Source of the DNA: an uncultured Eubacteriales bacterium
Lineage (GTDB): Bacteria > Bacillota > Clostridia > Oscillospirales > Acutalibacteraceae
Reading direction: 5' to 3'
Assembly: GCA_900313475.1 (NCBI GenBank)
Contig: OMRJ01000144.1
Location: forward strand, 1 to 34,861
Length of the DNA: 34,861 nucleotides
The notes beneath the pieces were generated by a model, which did no database searches, was not told where the DNA came from, and worked only from the letters and a program-made list of their open reading frames with translations. Made by a program: the position numbers and the translations under genes. This document shows, piece by piece, positions 1 through 8,552 of this stretch; position 1 is the stretch's first letter; each line of letters starts with the position of its first letter.

Positions 1-2
1 AT

Positions 3-200
3 CCGTATGTCATTGTATCGGACGGAAAAATAAATTATGCGGATTTTGCGTCAGCCGGACTTACCGATGCGAAATTCAGGCGTATTATGGACGGACTCAA
101 CGCGAAACCGAATGATGTTTTTCTTATGACGGTTAAAAAAAGCGGCGGAATAAATCTTATCAGAAAAGACGGCGACGACGGCGAAAAAACGGGAGGTTAA
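3..200 (+). CDS. 3' end of a DUF421 (YetF-like) membrane protein, partial because it enters from the left edge
   Basis: An open frame from position 3 ends at TAA 198-200. It translates to PYVIVSDGKINYADFASAGLTDAKFRRIMDGLNAKPNDVFLMTVKKSGGINLIRKDG. This resembles the C-terminal domain of YetF/DUF421 proteins, which are typically followed by a DUF4363 gene, as here. It is not in the ORF track because it has no Met. Confidence 0.5.
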   Translation, partial: PYVIVSDGKINYADFASAGLTDAKFRRIMDGLNAKPNDVFLMTVKKSGGINLIRKDGDDGEKTGG

Positions 201-204
201 AAAT

Positions 205-582
205 ATGAAGGGAAGACTTTCGGCGGCAATAATCTGTATTGCGGCGGCATTTTTGATGTCGGTCGGTTCCGAAATGTATATTGTACGAAAGTGCGCAATG
301 CTTATCGAGGGGCTTGACAAATCTCTTTGCGCGGAGAGCGGCAGCGTTGAGATGTATGACGCGGCACTTGAAGCCTGTGAAGAATGGGACGGCTGCGAGA
401 CATTGTTCGGCTCGCTTCTGAAACACTCCGACGCCGACGATCTTGACCATGCCTACAGCCTTATCAGGGAATATGTCGGGAGCAAAGATATCGATGAACT
501 GAAAGAAACTCTCGAGGAATGCAAAGTGACGGTAAAGGTGATAGCCGACGGTGAAAAGCCGCGCGCGGAGAATATATTTTGA
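205..582 (+). CDS. DUF4363-like small membrane-anchored protein
   Basis: GGGAGG lies 8 nt upstream of the ATG. There is an N-terminal hydrophobic helix (LSAAIICIAAAFLMSV). The body (EWDGCETLFGSLLKHSDADDLDHAYSLIREY...EKPRAENIF) has the layout I associate with DUF4363. It is adjacent to the DUF421 gene. Confidence 0.55.
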   Translation: MKGRLSAAIICIAAAFLMSVGSEMYIVRKCAMLIEGLDKSLCAESGSVEMYDAALEACEEWDGCETLFGSLLKHSDADDLDHAYSLIREYVGSKDIDELKETLEECKVTVKVIADGEKPRAENIF

Positions 583-600
583 TTTCTTTTTTCAAAACGC

Positions 601-629
601 TTTACTTTTCCAGTTATATTATATATAAT
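601..629 (+). promoter_or_regulatory. Candidate SigA-type promoter for miaB
   Basis: TTTACT/TTACTT at 601-607, a 16-17 nt spacer, and an exact TATAAT at 624-629, in an AT-rich gap upstream of the miaB RBS. Confidence 0.35.
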
Positions 630-674
630 AATAAACTGTAGTGTCACAGCATTTTTATCCGGAGGTACTCTTGC

Positions 675-2117
675 GTGAAATCAAACGGCAAAACGGTTTT
701 CGTCTCTCCGTCGGAATCGGCTAAGCAAAAAGAATATACACAGCTTGTAAGAGCGGTGCTTACGGCGAAATACGATGAGCCGCCGAGGGCGTTTGTTCAC
801 ACCTACGGCTGTCAGGGAAACGTTGCGGATTCCGAACGCATGACGGGACAGCTTCTCGAAATGGGCTACACTCTTACCGATTCCCCCGAAAACGCACAGC
901 TTGTGCTGTTTAATACCTGCGCAGTCAGAGAACACGCGGAGGACAGGGTTTTCGGCAACGTCGGTGCGCTCAAGCCCATAAAGGAACGGCGCCGCGATAT
1001 GCTGATTGCACTGTGCGGCTGTATGATGCAGCAAAAGCATGTCGAGGACAGAATAAAAAAGAGCTACCCGTATGTTAATCTCGTGTTCGGTACGTTTGCC
1101 GTACACCGTCTGCCGGAGCTTATGTACAAAACGCTCTGCGGCGGAAAAAGGGTGTTTGATACCGACGCATCGTCCGCGCCCGTCGCGGAGGGACTGCCCG
1201 TGCACCGCGATTCGGGGTTCAAGGCGTGGCTGCCCATCATGTACGGCTGCAACAATTTCTGCAGCTACTGTGTCGTGCCCTATGTAAGAGGGCGTGAGCG
1301 CTCCCGCCGGTGTGAGGATGTTTTGAACGAGGCGCGCGAAATTATTGCCTCCGGCGTTAAAGAGATAACGCTGCTCGGTCAGAATGTAAATTCCTACGGT
1401 AAAAACGGAGACGACGGTGTGGATTTTGCGGAGCTGCTGCGCAGAATAAATGCCCTTCCGGGTGATTTTAAGATACGGTTTATGACATCTCACCCGAAGG
1501 ACTGCAACGAGCGTCTGCTCGACGCGATGGCAGAGTGCGAAAAATGTGCGCATCATCTTCATCTGCCTTTCCAATCCGGTAACGACAGGGTGCTTAAAGA
1601 GATGAACCGCGGATACACGCGCGAGCATTATCTTGAGCTTATCGCATATGCGAAAAAAGTGATGCCCGATATTTCGCTTACCAGCGACGTTATTGTCGGA
1701 TTCCCCGGCGAAACGTATGAAGAATTTCTCGACACGGTATCGCTTATCCGCGAAGTGGAATTCACATCTCTTTTCACATTTATCTTTTCACCTCGCGAGG
1801 GCACACGTGCCGCGTCAATGGAGGATCCCGTTCCCGCAAAAGAAAAGTCGCGCCGGTTTTCGGAGCTGCTAAAAGCGCAGGAGGAAATCGCGTCAAAGCG
1901 CTGTGCCGAAAGTGTCGGACGCGTGTTCAGGGTGCTTGTCGAAAACGAAGCGGAAAAAGCCGACGGCATCCTTACGGGCAGAACGGACGGAAACGTGACG
2001 ATAGATTTTCCCGGAGAAGCTTCTCTGATAGGCAGCTACGCGGATGTGACGGTTACGAGTGCGAGAAACTGGACGCTTACCGGCGAGCTTGCGAAAAAAA
2101 CAGACAATAAAAAATAA
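675..2117 (+). CDS. miaB: tRNA-2-methylthio-N6-dimethylallyladenosine synthase (radical SAM methylthiotransferase MiaB)
   Basis: GTG start 9 nt after GGAGG (661-665). N-terminal UPF0004 domain (HTYGCQGN). Radical-SAM CNNFCSYCVVP motif. C-terminal TRAM-like domain. Conserved position next to ymcA/ylbF-family, mutS and mutL. Confidence 0.93.
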   Translation: MKSNGKTVFVSPSESAKQKEYTQLVRAVLTAKYDEPPRAFVHTYGCQGNVADSERMTGQLLEMGYTLTDSPENAQLVLFNTCAVREHAEDRVFGNVGALKPIKERRRDMLIALCGCMMQQKHVEDRIKKSYPYVNLVFGTFAVHRLPELMYKTLCGGKRVFDTDASSAPVAEGLPVHRDSGFKAWLPIMYGCNNFCSYCVVPYVRGRERSRRCEDVLNEAREIIASGVKEITLLGQNVNSYGKNGDDGVDFAELLRRINALPGDFKIRFMTSHPKDCNERLLDAMAECEKCAHHLHLPFQSGNDRVLKEMNRGYTREHYLELIAYAKKVMPDISLTSDVIVGFPGETYEEFLDTVSLIREVEFTSLFTFIFSPREGTRAASMEDPVPAKEKSRRFSELLKAQEEIASKRCAESVGRVFRVLVENEAEKADGILTGRTDGNVTIDFPGEASLIGSYADVTVTSARNWTLTGELAKKTDNKK

Positions 2118-2158
2118 TATCCAATTGAAATACATAAAAAAACAGATCGGAGAAAAAA

Positions 2159-2572
2159 ATGGACGTAATCAAACTTACAAGAGAACTCGGTGCGGCAATT
2201 CAGCAGGATGAAAGATATCTCGCTTTTGTTGCGGCACGCAAGGCAAATGACGACGATAAGGAGCTTAACGCACTTATCGGCAAGCTTAACCTCGTTCAGA
2301 TGAACTACAAGAATGAGTCGGAGAAGGAAACTCCCGACAATGCGAAGCTCGAAAGCCTTGACGAGGAGTTCAGAAAGCTTTACGGCGAAATAATGCTCAA
2401 TGCCAATATGCGTAAATTTGAAGAAGCAAAGCAGGACGTAGACGATATGATGAACTATCTCATTCAGATACTCTCCCTTTGTGTTAACGGCGAAGATCCC
2501 GCCACATGCGAGCCGCAGAGCGAAGACGGCGGCTGCACGGGCAACTGCGGCACATGCGGCGGCTGCGGCTGA
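2159..2572 (+). CDS. YlbF/YmcA (Com_YlbF) family regulatory protein with a Cys-rich C-terminal tail
   Basis: 137 aa. The helical N-terminus (LTRELGAAIQQDERYLAFVAARKA...LNALIGKLN) is typical of the YlbF/YmcA family. The C-terminus is CVNGEDPATCEPQSEDGGCTGNCGTCGGCG. It occupies the ymcA position of the B. subtilis ymcB(miaB)-ymcA-(cotE)-mutS-mutL arrangement. Confidence 0.8.
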   Translation: MDVIKLTRELGAAIQQDERYLAFVAARKANDDDKELNALIGKLNLVQMNYKNESEKETPDNAKLESLDEEFRKLYGEIMLNANMRKFEEAKQDVDDMMNYLIQILSLCVNGEDPATCEPQSEDGGCTGNCGTCGGCG

Positions 2573-2677
2573 TGCGGTGTGCGGCAAAGGCTCTGTTTAT
2601 AAAAAACAAAACGCTTGGTTTTATTTGATATCCGGGCGTGTGTATCAAAAACGCAGGCGGACGGAAAGGAATTGAAA

Positions 2678-5293
2678 ATGGCGGAATTTACTCCGATGAT
2701 GAAGCAATATCTTAAAGTCAAGGAACAGTATAAGGACGCAATCCTTTTCTACCGTCTCGGTGACTTCTATGAAATGTTCTTCGATGATGCCGTAACGGCT
2801 TCGCGCGAACTGGAGCTGGTGCTTACGGGTCGCGACTGCGGGCAGGAGGAACGCGCTCCGATGTGCGGAGTTCCGTTCCATGCCGCCGAAGGTTACATAG
2901 CGCGTCTTGTCGCAAAGGGATACAAAGTCGCTATCTGCGAGCAGACCGAAGATCCTGCGACGGCGAAGGGACTTGTCTCCCGCGACGTTATCAGGATCGT
3001 CACCCCCGGCACGGTAACGGAGAGCGTGATGCTCGACGAAACGAAGAATAACTACCTCGCATGTATTTATTACGACAAAGAGACGGCGGGATTGAGCTTT
3101 TGCGATATCTCCACCGGACAGCTTTTCGTAAGCGAGCTGTCGGGTGCGCGGGTCGCCGACAGGATAATAAATGAGATTGCGCGTTTCAAGCCGAGTGAAA
3201 TTCTCGTCAGTGAAAAGTGCGCGGCGGTACGTGACATTTCGACATATATCGACCGTTCATGCGATATTGCCGCATCGGTGAGAAGCGACGAGAGCTTTAA
3301 CACCGATATGTGCCGCGAGACGGTGACTTCGCATTTCGGTAAAAGCCCCGAAGAAATGGGACTCGGCGGACTTAACGGTGCGGTACGCTCTCTCGGCTGT
3401 ATCCTCAACTATTTATACGAAACTCAGAAAAACTCCCTCGGCAATATAACCGACGCGGTGATATACAGCGAAAGCCGTTTCCTGTCTCTCGACGCCACGG
3501 CGAGAAGAAACCTTGAGCTTACCGAGAACGAGCGCCGCCGCGAGAAAAAGGGGTCGCTTTTGTGGGTGCTTGACAAAACGAAAACCGCACCCGGAAAAAG
3601 AAAGCTGTGCGAGTGGATACAGCAGCCGCTTTTAAGCGTCGCAGCGATAAATAATCGTCTTGACGCGGTGGAGGAGCTGTATTCCGACACCGTGCTGCGC
3701 AGTGAGGAGACGGAACGCCTCGCCGGAATAAACGACCTCGAACGCATCATAACACGTATCGTTTACGGCACGGCAAACGCAAAGGAGCTGCGCACACTGT
3801 CGCAGACGCTTGCGGTGCTGCCCGACATAAAAAAAGCGCTTGAAAACAGCAAATCGGAGTTGCTCAGGAAAATATATTCGTCGATAGATACGCTCGACGA
3901 CATTAAAAAAATGATAGATGCGTCCATAGTCGACGATCCGCCGTTTTCCGTCAGAGAGGGCGGCATGATAAAAACGGGGTGCAGCGAGGAGCTTGACAGC
4001 CTTCGCGATATCGTCAGCGGAGGAAAGGATTTTCTGTCGGAAACGGAGCGCCGCGAACAGGAAAAAACGGGCATTAAAAAGCTGCGCATAGGCTACAACC
4101 GTGTGTTCGGCTACTATATAGAGGTGCTCAATTCCTACCGTGACCTTGTCCCCGACAATTACATAAGAAAGCAAACTCTCACAAACTGTGAAAGATATAT
4201 AACACCCGAGCTCAAAGAGCTTGAGGCAAAGGTGCTCGGCGCGCAGGACAGAATATCAAAGCTTGAATATGAACTGTTTGCAGCCGTGCGTGATTCGGTT
4301 GCGACCGAACAGCTTCGCGTGAGGGGAACTGCATCTGCTCTTGCCGTGCTTGACGTGCTGTGCTCGCTTGCATTCGTCGCGTCCGAAAACGGGTATGCAC
4401 GTCCGTCGGTTGACAATTCCGACGTCATCGAGATAAGCGGCGGCAGACATCCCGTCGTCGAAAAATATCTCGACGGTGCGCCCTTTGTTCCGAACGACAC
4501 GTATCTCGACGGAAACGACAACCGCACGGCTATAATAACGGGGCCGAATATGGCGGGTAAATCAACCTACATGCGTCAGGTGGCGGTTATTGTAATTATG
4601 GCGCAGATGGGTTCGTTTGTCCCGGCAAAGAGCGCATCCGTCGGCATAGTGGACAGTATTTTTACACGCGTCGGCGCATCGGACGACCTTGCGGCGGGGC
4701 AGTCCACATTTATGACGGAGATGACCGAGGTGTCGCGTATTCTTGCGTCGGCAGGTCCGCGCAGTCTTATAATCCTTGATGAGATAGGGCGCGGAACATC
4801 TACATTTGACGGAATGAGCATTGCACGTGCGGTGCTTGAATATGTAAACGACAAAAAGAAGATAGGGGCAAAGACGCTTTTTGCAACACACTATCACGAA
4901 CTGACGGAGATAGAGGGCGAGATACCCGGTGTGCTTAATTTCAACACGTCGGTAAAAAAGCGCGGAGACGATATAACGTTCTTGCGGCGCATCGTAAGAG
5001 GGCCTGCCGACGGAAGCTACGGAATAGAGGTAGCAAAGCTGTCGGGTATTCCGCAGAGCGTTGTAAACCGTGCAAAGGTTATTTTGAAAGGGCTTGAAGA
5101 CGCGTCGGTTTCAGCCGGTATCCCTTCAAAAAAGAGAACGCAGCCGGCATCGGACGAAATGCAGCTCGGCTTTTTCGGAGCTGCGGAGAGTGAAGCGGAA
5201 AAAGAGCTGAAAATGCTTGATGTAAACACTTTGACGCCGATCGAGGCTCTTAACAAGCTGTACGAGCTTAAAGCAAAAGTAACCGAAAAGTAA
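2678..5293 (+). CDS. mutS: DNA mismatch repair protein MutS
   Basis: MAEFTPMMKQYL...FYRLGDFYEMF N-terminal mismatch-binding domain. Walker A GPNMAGKST. STFMTEM and DEIGRGTST motifs. I prefer the ATG at 2678 (AAAGGA 7 nt upstream) over the TTG at 2615 used by the ORF track. Confidence 0.95.
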   Translation: MAEFTPMMKQYLKVKEQYKDAILFYRLGDFYEMFFDDAVTASRELELVLTGRDCGQEERAPMCGVPFHAAEGYIARLVAKGYKVAICEQTEDPATAKGLVSRDVIRIVTPGTVTESVMLDETKNNYLACIYYDKETAGLSFCDISTGQLFVSELSGARVADRIINEIARFKPSEILVSEKCAAVRDISTYIDRSCDIAASVRSDESFNTDMCRETVTSHFGKSPEEMGLGGLNGAVRSLGCILNYLYETQKNSLGNITDAVIYSESRFLSLDATARRNLELTENERRREKKGSLLWVLDKTKTAPGKRKLCEWIQQPLLSVAAINNRLDAVEELYSDTVLRSEETERLAGINDLERIITRIVYGTANAKELRTLSQTLAVLPDIKKALENSKSELLRKIYSSIDTLDDIKKMIDASIVDDPPFSVREGGMIKTGCSEELDSLRDIVSGGKDFLSETERREQEKTGIKKLRIGYNRVFGYYIEVLNSYRDLVPDNYIRKQTLTNCERYITPELKELEAKVLGAQDRISKLEYELFAAVRDSVATEQLRVRGTASALAVLDVLCSLAFVASENGYARPSVDNSDVIEISGGRHPVVEKYLDGAPFVPNDTYLDGNDNRTAIITGPNMAGKSTYMRQVAVIVIMAQMGSFVPAKSASVGIVDSIFTRVGASDDLAAGQSTFMTEMTEVSRILASAGPRSLIILDEIGRGTSTFDGMSIARAVLEYVNDKKKIGAKTLFATHYHELTEIEGEIPGVLNFNTSVKKRGDDITFLRRIVRGPADGSYGIEVAKLSGIPQSVVNRAKVILKGLEDASVSAGIPSKKRTQPASDEMQLGFFGAAESEAEKELKMLDVNTLTPIEALNKLYELKAKVTEK

Positions 5294-5323
5294 ATTGAAT
5301 CTAGTATATCCAAAGGTGAAAAA

Positions 5324-7489
5324 ATGCCGAGAATAAACATTCTGCCAAAGAGCATAGCGGAGCTTATAGCGGCGGGTGAGGTGGTTGAACGCCCTGCCTC
5401 CGTCGTGAAGGAGCTTGTTGAAAATTCAATAGACGCAGGCGCAAAGAGCGTTGCCGTGGAGATAAAAAACGGCGGAATACGTTATATCCGCGTCACCGAC
5501 GACGGATGCGGAATTGAACCTGAGGACGTTCCCACCGCATTTATAAGCCATGCAACAAGCAAGATAAAAGACGCGTCGGATCTCAATTCCATTCTTACGC
5601 TCGGCTTCAGGGGCGAAGCGCTTCCGTCGGTTGCCGCGGTGTCGCGCATGTCGATGCTCACGCGCACCGAAAGCAGCGATGAGGGCGTGCTGTTTACGGT
5701 CGAGGGCGGCGAAAATGCACAGTGTTCTCCCGCAGGATGTCCCGTGGGTACCACGATAACCGTGCGTGATCTGTTCTTTAACACCCCCGCGCGAATGAAG
5801 TTCCTGAAAAAAGACGTGACAGAGGGCAGTTGTGTGACGGATGCGGTCACAAAGGCTTCGCTTGCGCATCCCGAAGTGCGTTTTTCGCTTATCCGTGACG
5901 GCAAAAATGTGCTGTCAACGCCCGGAAACGGCAATTTGCGCGACACGGTATATTCGGTTTTCGGCAAAAGCGTTGCCGATGCGCTTATTCCGTGCGAATA
6001 TTCGGGTGCTGCCGCATCCGTAAGCGGTTTTATTTCAAAGCCGCTCAACAACCGACCGAACAGAAACATGCAGTTTTTCTTTGTCAACGGACGCAGCGTG
6101 CGTATTCCCGCCGCCGTTCCGGCGCTTGACGAAGCATATAAGAACTCAATAATGATCGGAAAATTTCCGATGTGTTTTCTGAATGTGACGATTGCCGCCG
6201 AAAAGGTGGATGTCAATGTTCACCCTGCCAAGACGGAAATACGTTTCTCGGACGAGGCAAAAATTTTTGAAGTTATCTACTATGCCGCAAAGGGTGCGCT
6301 CGCAAGGGGTGACTCCGCACGGCCTTCGATAAAGCTGAACAACCCGTCGGTGCTCGACGCTCCGCAGCCGAAAACGGAGCAGATGACGCTTGCGGATGCG
6401 CGTCAAAACGGCTTATCACGTGCGAAAGCACCTATTCAGCCGACCGAAAAAAGCAAAACTGCAAACGCAGAGCCGCAGCGTGCCGTTTCGGAAGCTTTCA
6501 CGTCGTATCTCGCAAAAACGGAGAGAGCCGAACAGACAAAGGATGTCGGCGTAAAGTCCGTATACGGCGAGAGAAAAAACGAAACCGAAGCTATGCCGGG
6601 CGTCAAACCGAAATCGGACGGAATTAAACGCAGCGCCGAAGACGGGGAAGCAATGTTTATTTTTCGGTCGTCCGATTCGGATCCGATATCGCCCGCCGAC
6701 GAAAAACGGGAGATATCGTCCGCGACGGGGTATAATGTCCCGTGGGTGAAAAAAACGGGAATAGATATTTTCGTCGACGATGAACCCGTTAAAAAGGATG
6801 CGGAAGCGAAAAAAGCTTCGCACGAAATCAGCGCGGCGGGGCAAAGCCTACCGTTGACAACGCAGCCCTCACGGTCGGATGCGGTTTATGCAGCCGGTAC
6901 CGATGCGGATGTGACGGCGGATGATTTCCGCATTGTCGGTGAGATATTCAAGACTTACATACTTGTCGAGAGGGGCGAAAAGCTTCTCATTATAGATAAA
7001 CACGCGGCGCATGAGCGCATGATATTCAACAAAATGTCCGCAGCGGCGCAGGATGATTACGCACAGGTGCTTTTGTCGCCCGTCGCGGTCACGCTTTCGG
7101 GACGCGAATATGCAGCCGTTACCGAAAATATCGGCATTTTCGCCGAGGCGGGGTTCGCCGTCGAGGATTTCGGAGACGGAACGGTCGCCGTCCGCGAATG
7201 CCCGACGGAGCTTACACGAGAGGACATACCGTCGCTTATCGTTGAAATTGCGGGCGAGCTTCTTAAGGGTAACACGCGCGCAAAGCCGGAACGGCTTGAG
7301 CGCATACGGGAAACGGCTGCGTGCCGCGCCGCTATTAAGGCGGGCGACGCATTAAAGCCGGAGGAAACATACGCTTTTGTTAAAAGGCTCCTTGCGGACG
7401 AAAGCATAAAATACTGTCCGCACGGCCGCCCCGTGATATATGAGCTGTCAAAGCATGAGATAGAAAAACAGTTCGGGAGATTAGGATGA
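5324..7489 (+). CDS. mutL: DNA mismatch repair protein MutL
   Basis: GHKL ATPase N-terminus (IAAGEVVERPASVVKELVENSIDAG, DDGCGI, LGFRGEAL). Long low-complexity linker. C-terminal dimerisation/endonuclease domain (DKHAAHERMIF, ACRAAIKAG, CPHGRP). Confidence 0.95.
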   Translation: MPRINILPKSIAELIAAGEVVERPASVVKELVENSIDAGAKSVAVEIKNGGIRYIRVTDDGCGIEPEDVPTAFISHATSKIKDASDLNSILTLGFRGEALPSVAAVSRMSMLTRTESSDEGVLFTVEGGENAQCSPAGCPVGTTITVRDLFFNTPARMKFLKKDVTEGSCVTDAVTKASLAHPEVRFSLIRDGKNVLSTPGNGNLRDTVYSVFGKSVADALIPCEYSGAAASVSGFISKPLNNRPNRNMQFFFVNGRSVRIPAAVPALDEAYKNSIMIGKFPMCFLNVTIAAEKVDVNVHPAKTEIRFSDEAKIFEVIYYAAKGALARGDSARPSIKLNNPSVLDAPQPKTEQMTLADARQNGLSRAKAPIQPTEKSKTANAEPQRAVSEAFTSYLAKTERAEQTKDVGVKSVYGERKNETEAMPGVKPKSDGIKRSAEDGEAMFIFRSSDSDPISPADEKREISSATGYNVPWVKKTGIDIFVDDEPVKKDAEAKKASHEISAAGQSLPLTTQPSRSDAVYAAGTDADVTADDFRIVGEIFKTYILVERGEKLLIIDKHAAHERMIFNKMSAAAQDDYAQVLLSPVAVTLSGREYAAVTENIGIFAEAGFAVEDFGDGTVAVRECPTELTREDIPSLIVEIAGELLKGNTRAKPERLERIRETAACRAAIKAGDALKPEETYAFVKRLLADESIKYCPHGRPVIYELSKHEIEKQFGRLG

Positions 7490-8529
7490 GCGACACGGAT
7501 AAAAAAATACCCGTTATCGCGGTTGTCGGCGCTACGGCATCGGGAAAAACATCGCTTGCCGCGGAGATCTGTGAGCGCTTTAACGGAGAGGTTGTTTCAG
7601 CCGATTCGATGCAGATATATAAGGGGATGAGCATTGCTACCGCAAAGCCGACCGCCGATGAGATGCGAGGCGTGCGCCACCACATGATTGATTTTTTGCC
7701 CGTGACCGAAAAATACTGCGTCGCGCAGTATGTTTCCGATGCTTCCCAAGTTATTTTTGATGTGGCGTCGCGGGGTAAAACACCCGTTGTTGCGGGCGGC
7801 ACGGGACTTTACGTCGACAGCCTGCTGAACGGAACGGTGTTTGAAGACGAACCCGACGGAACGGAGATTCGCGAAAAGCTTCGCCGCCGCCGCGATGCGG
7901 AGGGCATTGAGCCTCTCTACCGTGAGCTTGAGCAGGCGGATCCCGACACTGCCCGGTCACTTCACATGAATAACGAAGGCAGAGTTTTACGCGCGCTTGA
8001 GGTTTATTATCTCACGGGAGAAAAACCGTCGGAGCGCAGAGTGAGGTCAAGACAGACCGACAGTCCGTTTGAGCCGCTTTACCTCTCGATTGAGTATAAG
8101 GACCGTGAGAAGCTCTACGACCGCATAAACAGGCGCGTCGATATTATGGTTGAAAACGGGCTTGTCGACGAAGCACGCAATTATTTTTCGCTTGACAATG
8201 CCTGCACGGCATCGGCAGCGATCGGTTACAAGGAGCTTGCACCGTTTTTTGACGGTACGGTAACGCTTGACGAGGCTCTCAACCGCCTTAAACAGGCGAC
8301 TCGCCGATACGCAAAACGCCAGCTTACATGGTACCGCAACAAAGAATTCGTACACAGAATTTACGCCGACTGCCTGCCCGACGGTATAACAGCCGCCGAC
8401 GAAGCGGAAAAAATCATTTGCGCTTCGGGCATGTTCGGCACAAAAAGTATAAACGCAAACGATACCGCGTTGTCGCAAACGGCAAGCAGATACACAGGAC
8501 AGAATAGATATATGCCGATTCAAAAATAA
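7486..8529 (+). CDS. miaA: tRNA dimethylallyltransferase MiaA
   Basis: P-loop VVGATASGKTSLA. DSMQIYKGMSIATAKPT motif. QLTWYRN near the C-terminus. ATGA overlap with the mutL stop. About 40 extra C-terminal residues relative to typical MiaA length. Confidence 0.9.
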   Translation: MSDTDKKIPVIAVVGATASGKTSLAAEICERFNGEVVSADSMQIYKGMSIATAKPTADEMRGVRHHMIDFLPVTEKYCVAQYVSDASQVIFDVASRGKTPVVAGGTGLYVDSLLNGTVFEDEPDGTEIREKLRRRRDAEGIEPLYRELEQADPDTARSLHMNNEGRVLRALEVYYLTGEKPSERRVRSRQTDSPFEPLYLSIEYKDREKLYDRINRRVDIMVENGLVDEARNYFSLDNACTASAAIGYKELAPFFDGTVTLDEALNRLKQATRRYAKRQLTWYRNKEFVHRIYADCLPDGITAADEAEKIICASGMFGTKSINANDTALSQTASRYTGQNRYMPIQK

Positions 8530-8552
8530 TAAACGAAAAGGGAGGGATATGC

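Noticed and set aside
681-1628. 315-aa minus-strand ORF inside miaB, and similar antisense ORFs inside mutS, mutL, the tkt genes, rhaD and the GH36 gene
   Set aside because: They have no RBS or recognisable motifs. They are fully embedded opposite genes with strong family signatures, so they are typical shadow ORFs.
2615-2677. ORF-track N-terminal extensions: mutS from 2615, tkt-C from 16687, permease from 27549, ATPase from 28252, tkt-N from 15888, Zn-ribbon protein from 18615
   Set aside because: In each case an internal start has a properly spaced Shine-Dalgarno sequence and matches the usual family N-terminus. The extensions overlap upstream genes or lack an RBS.
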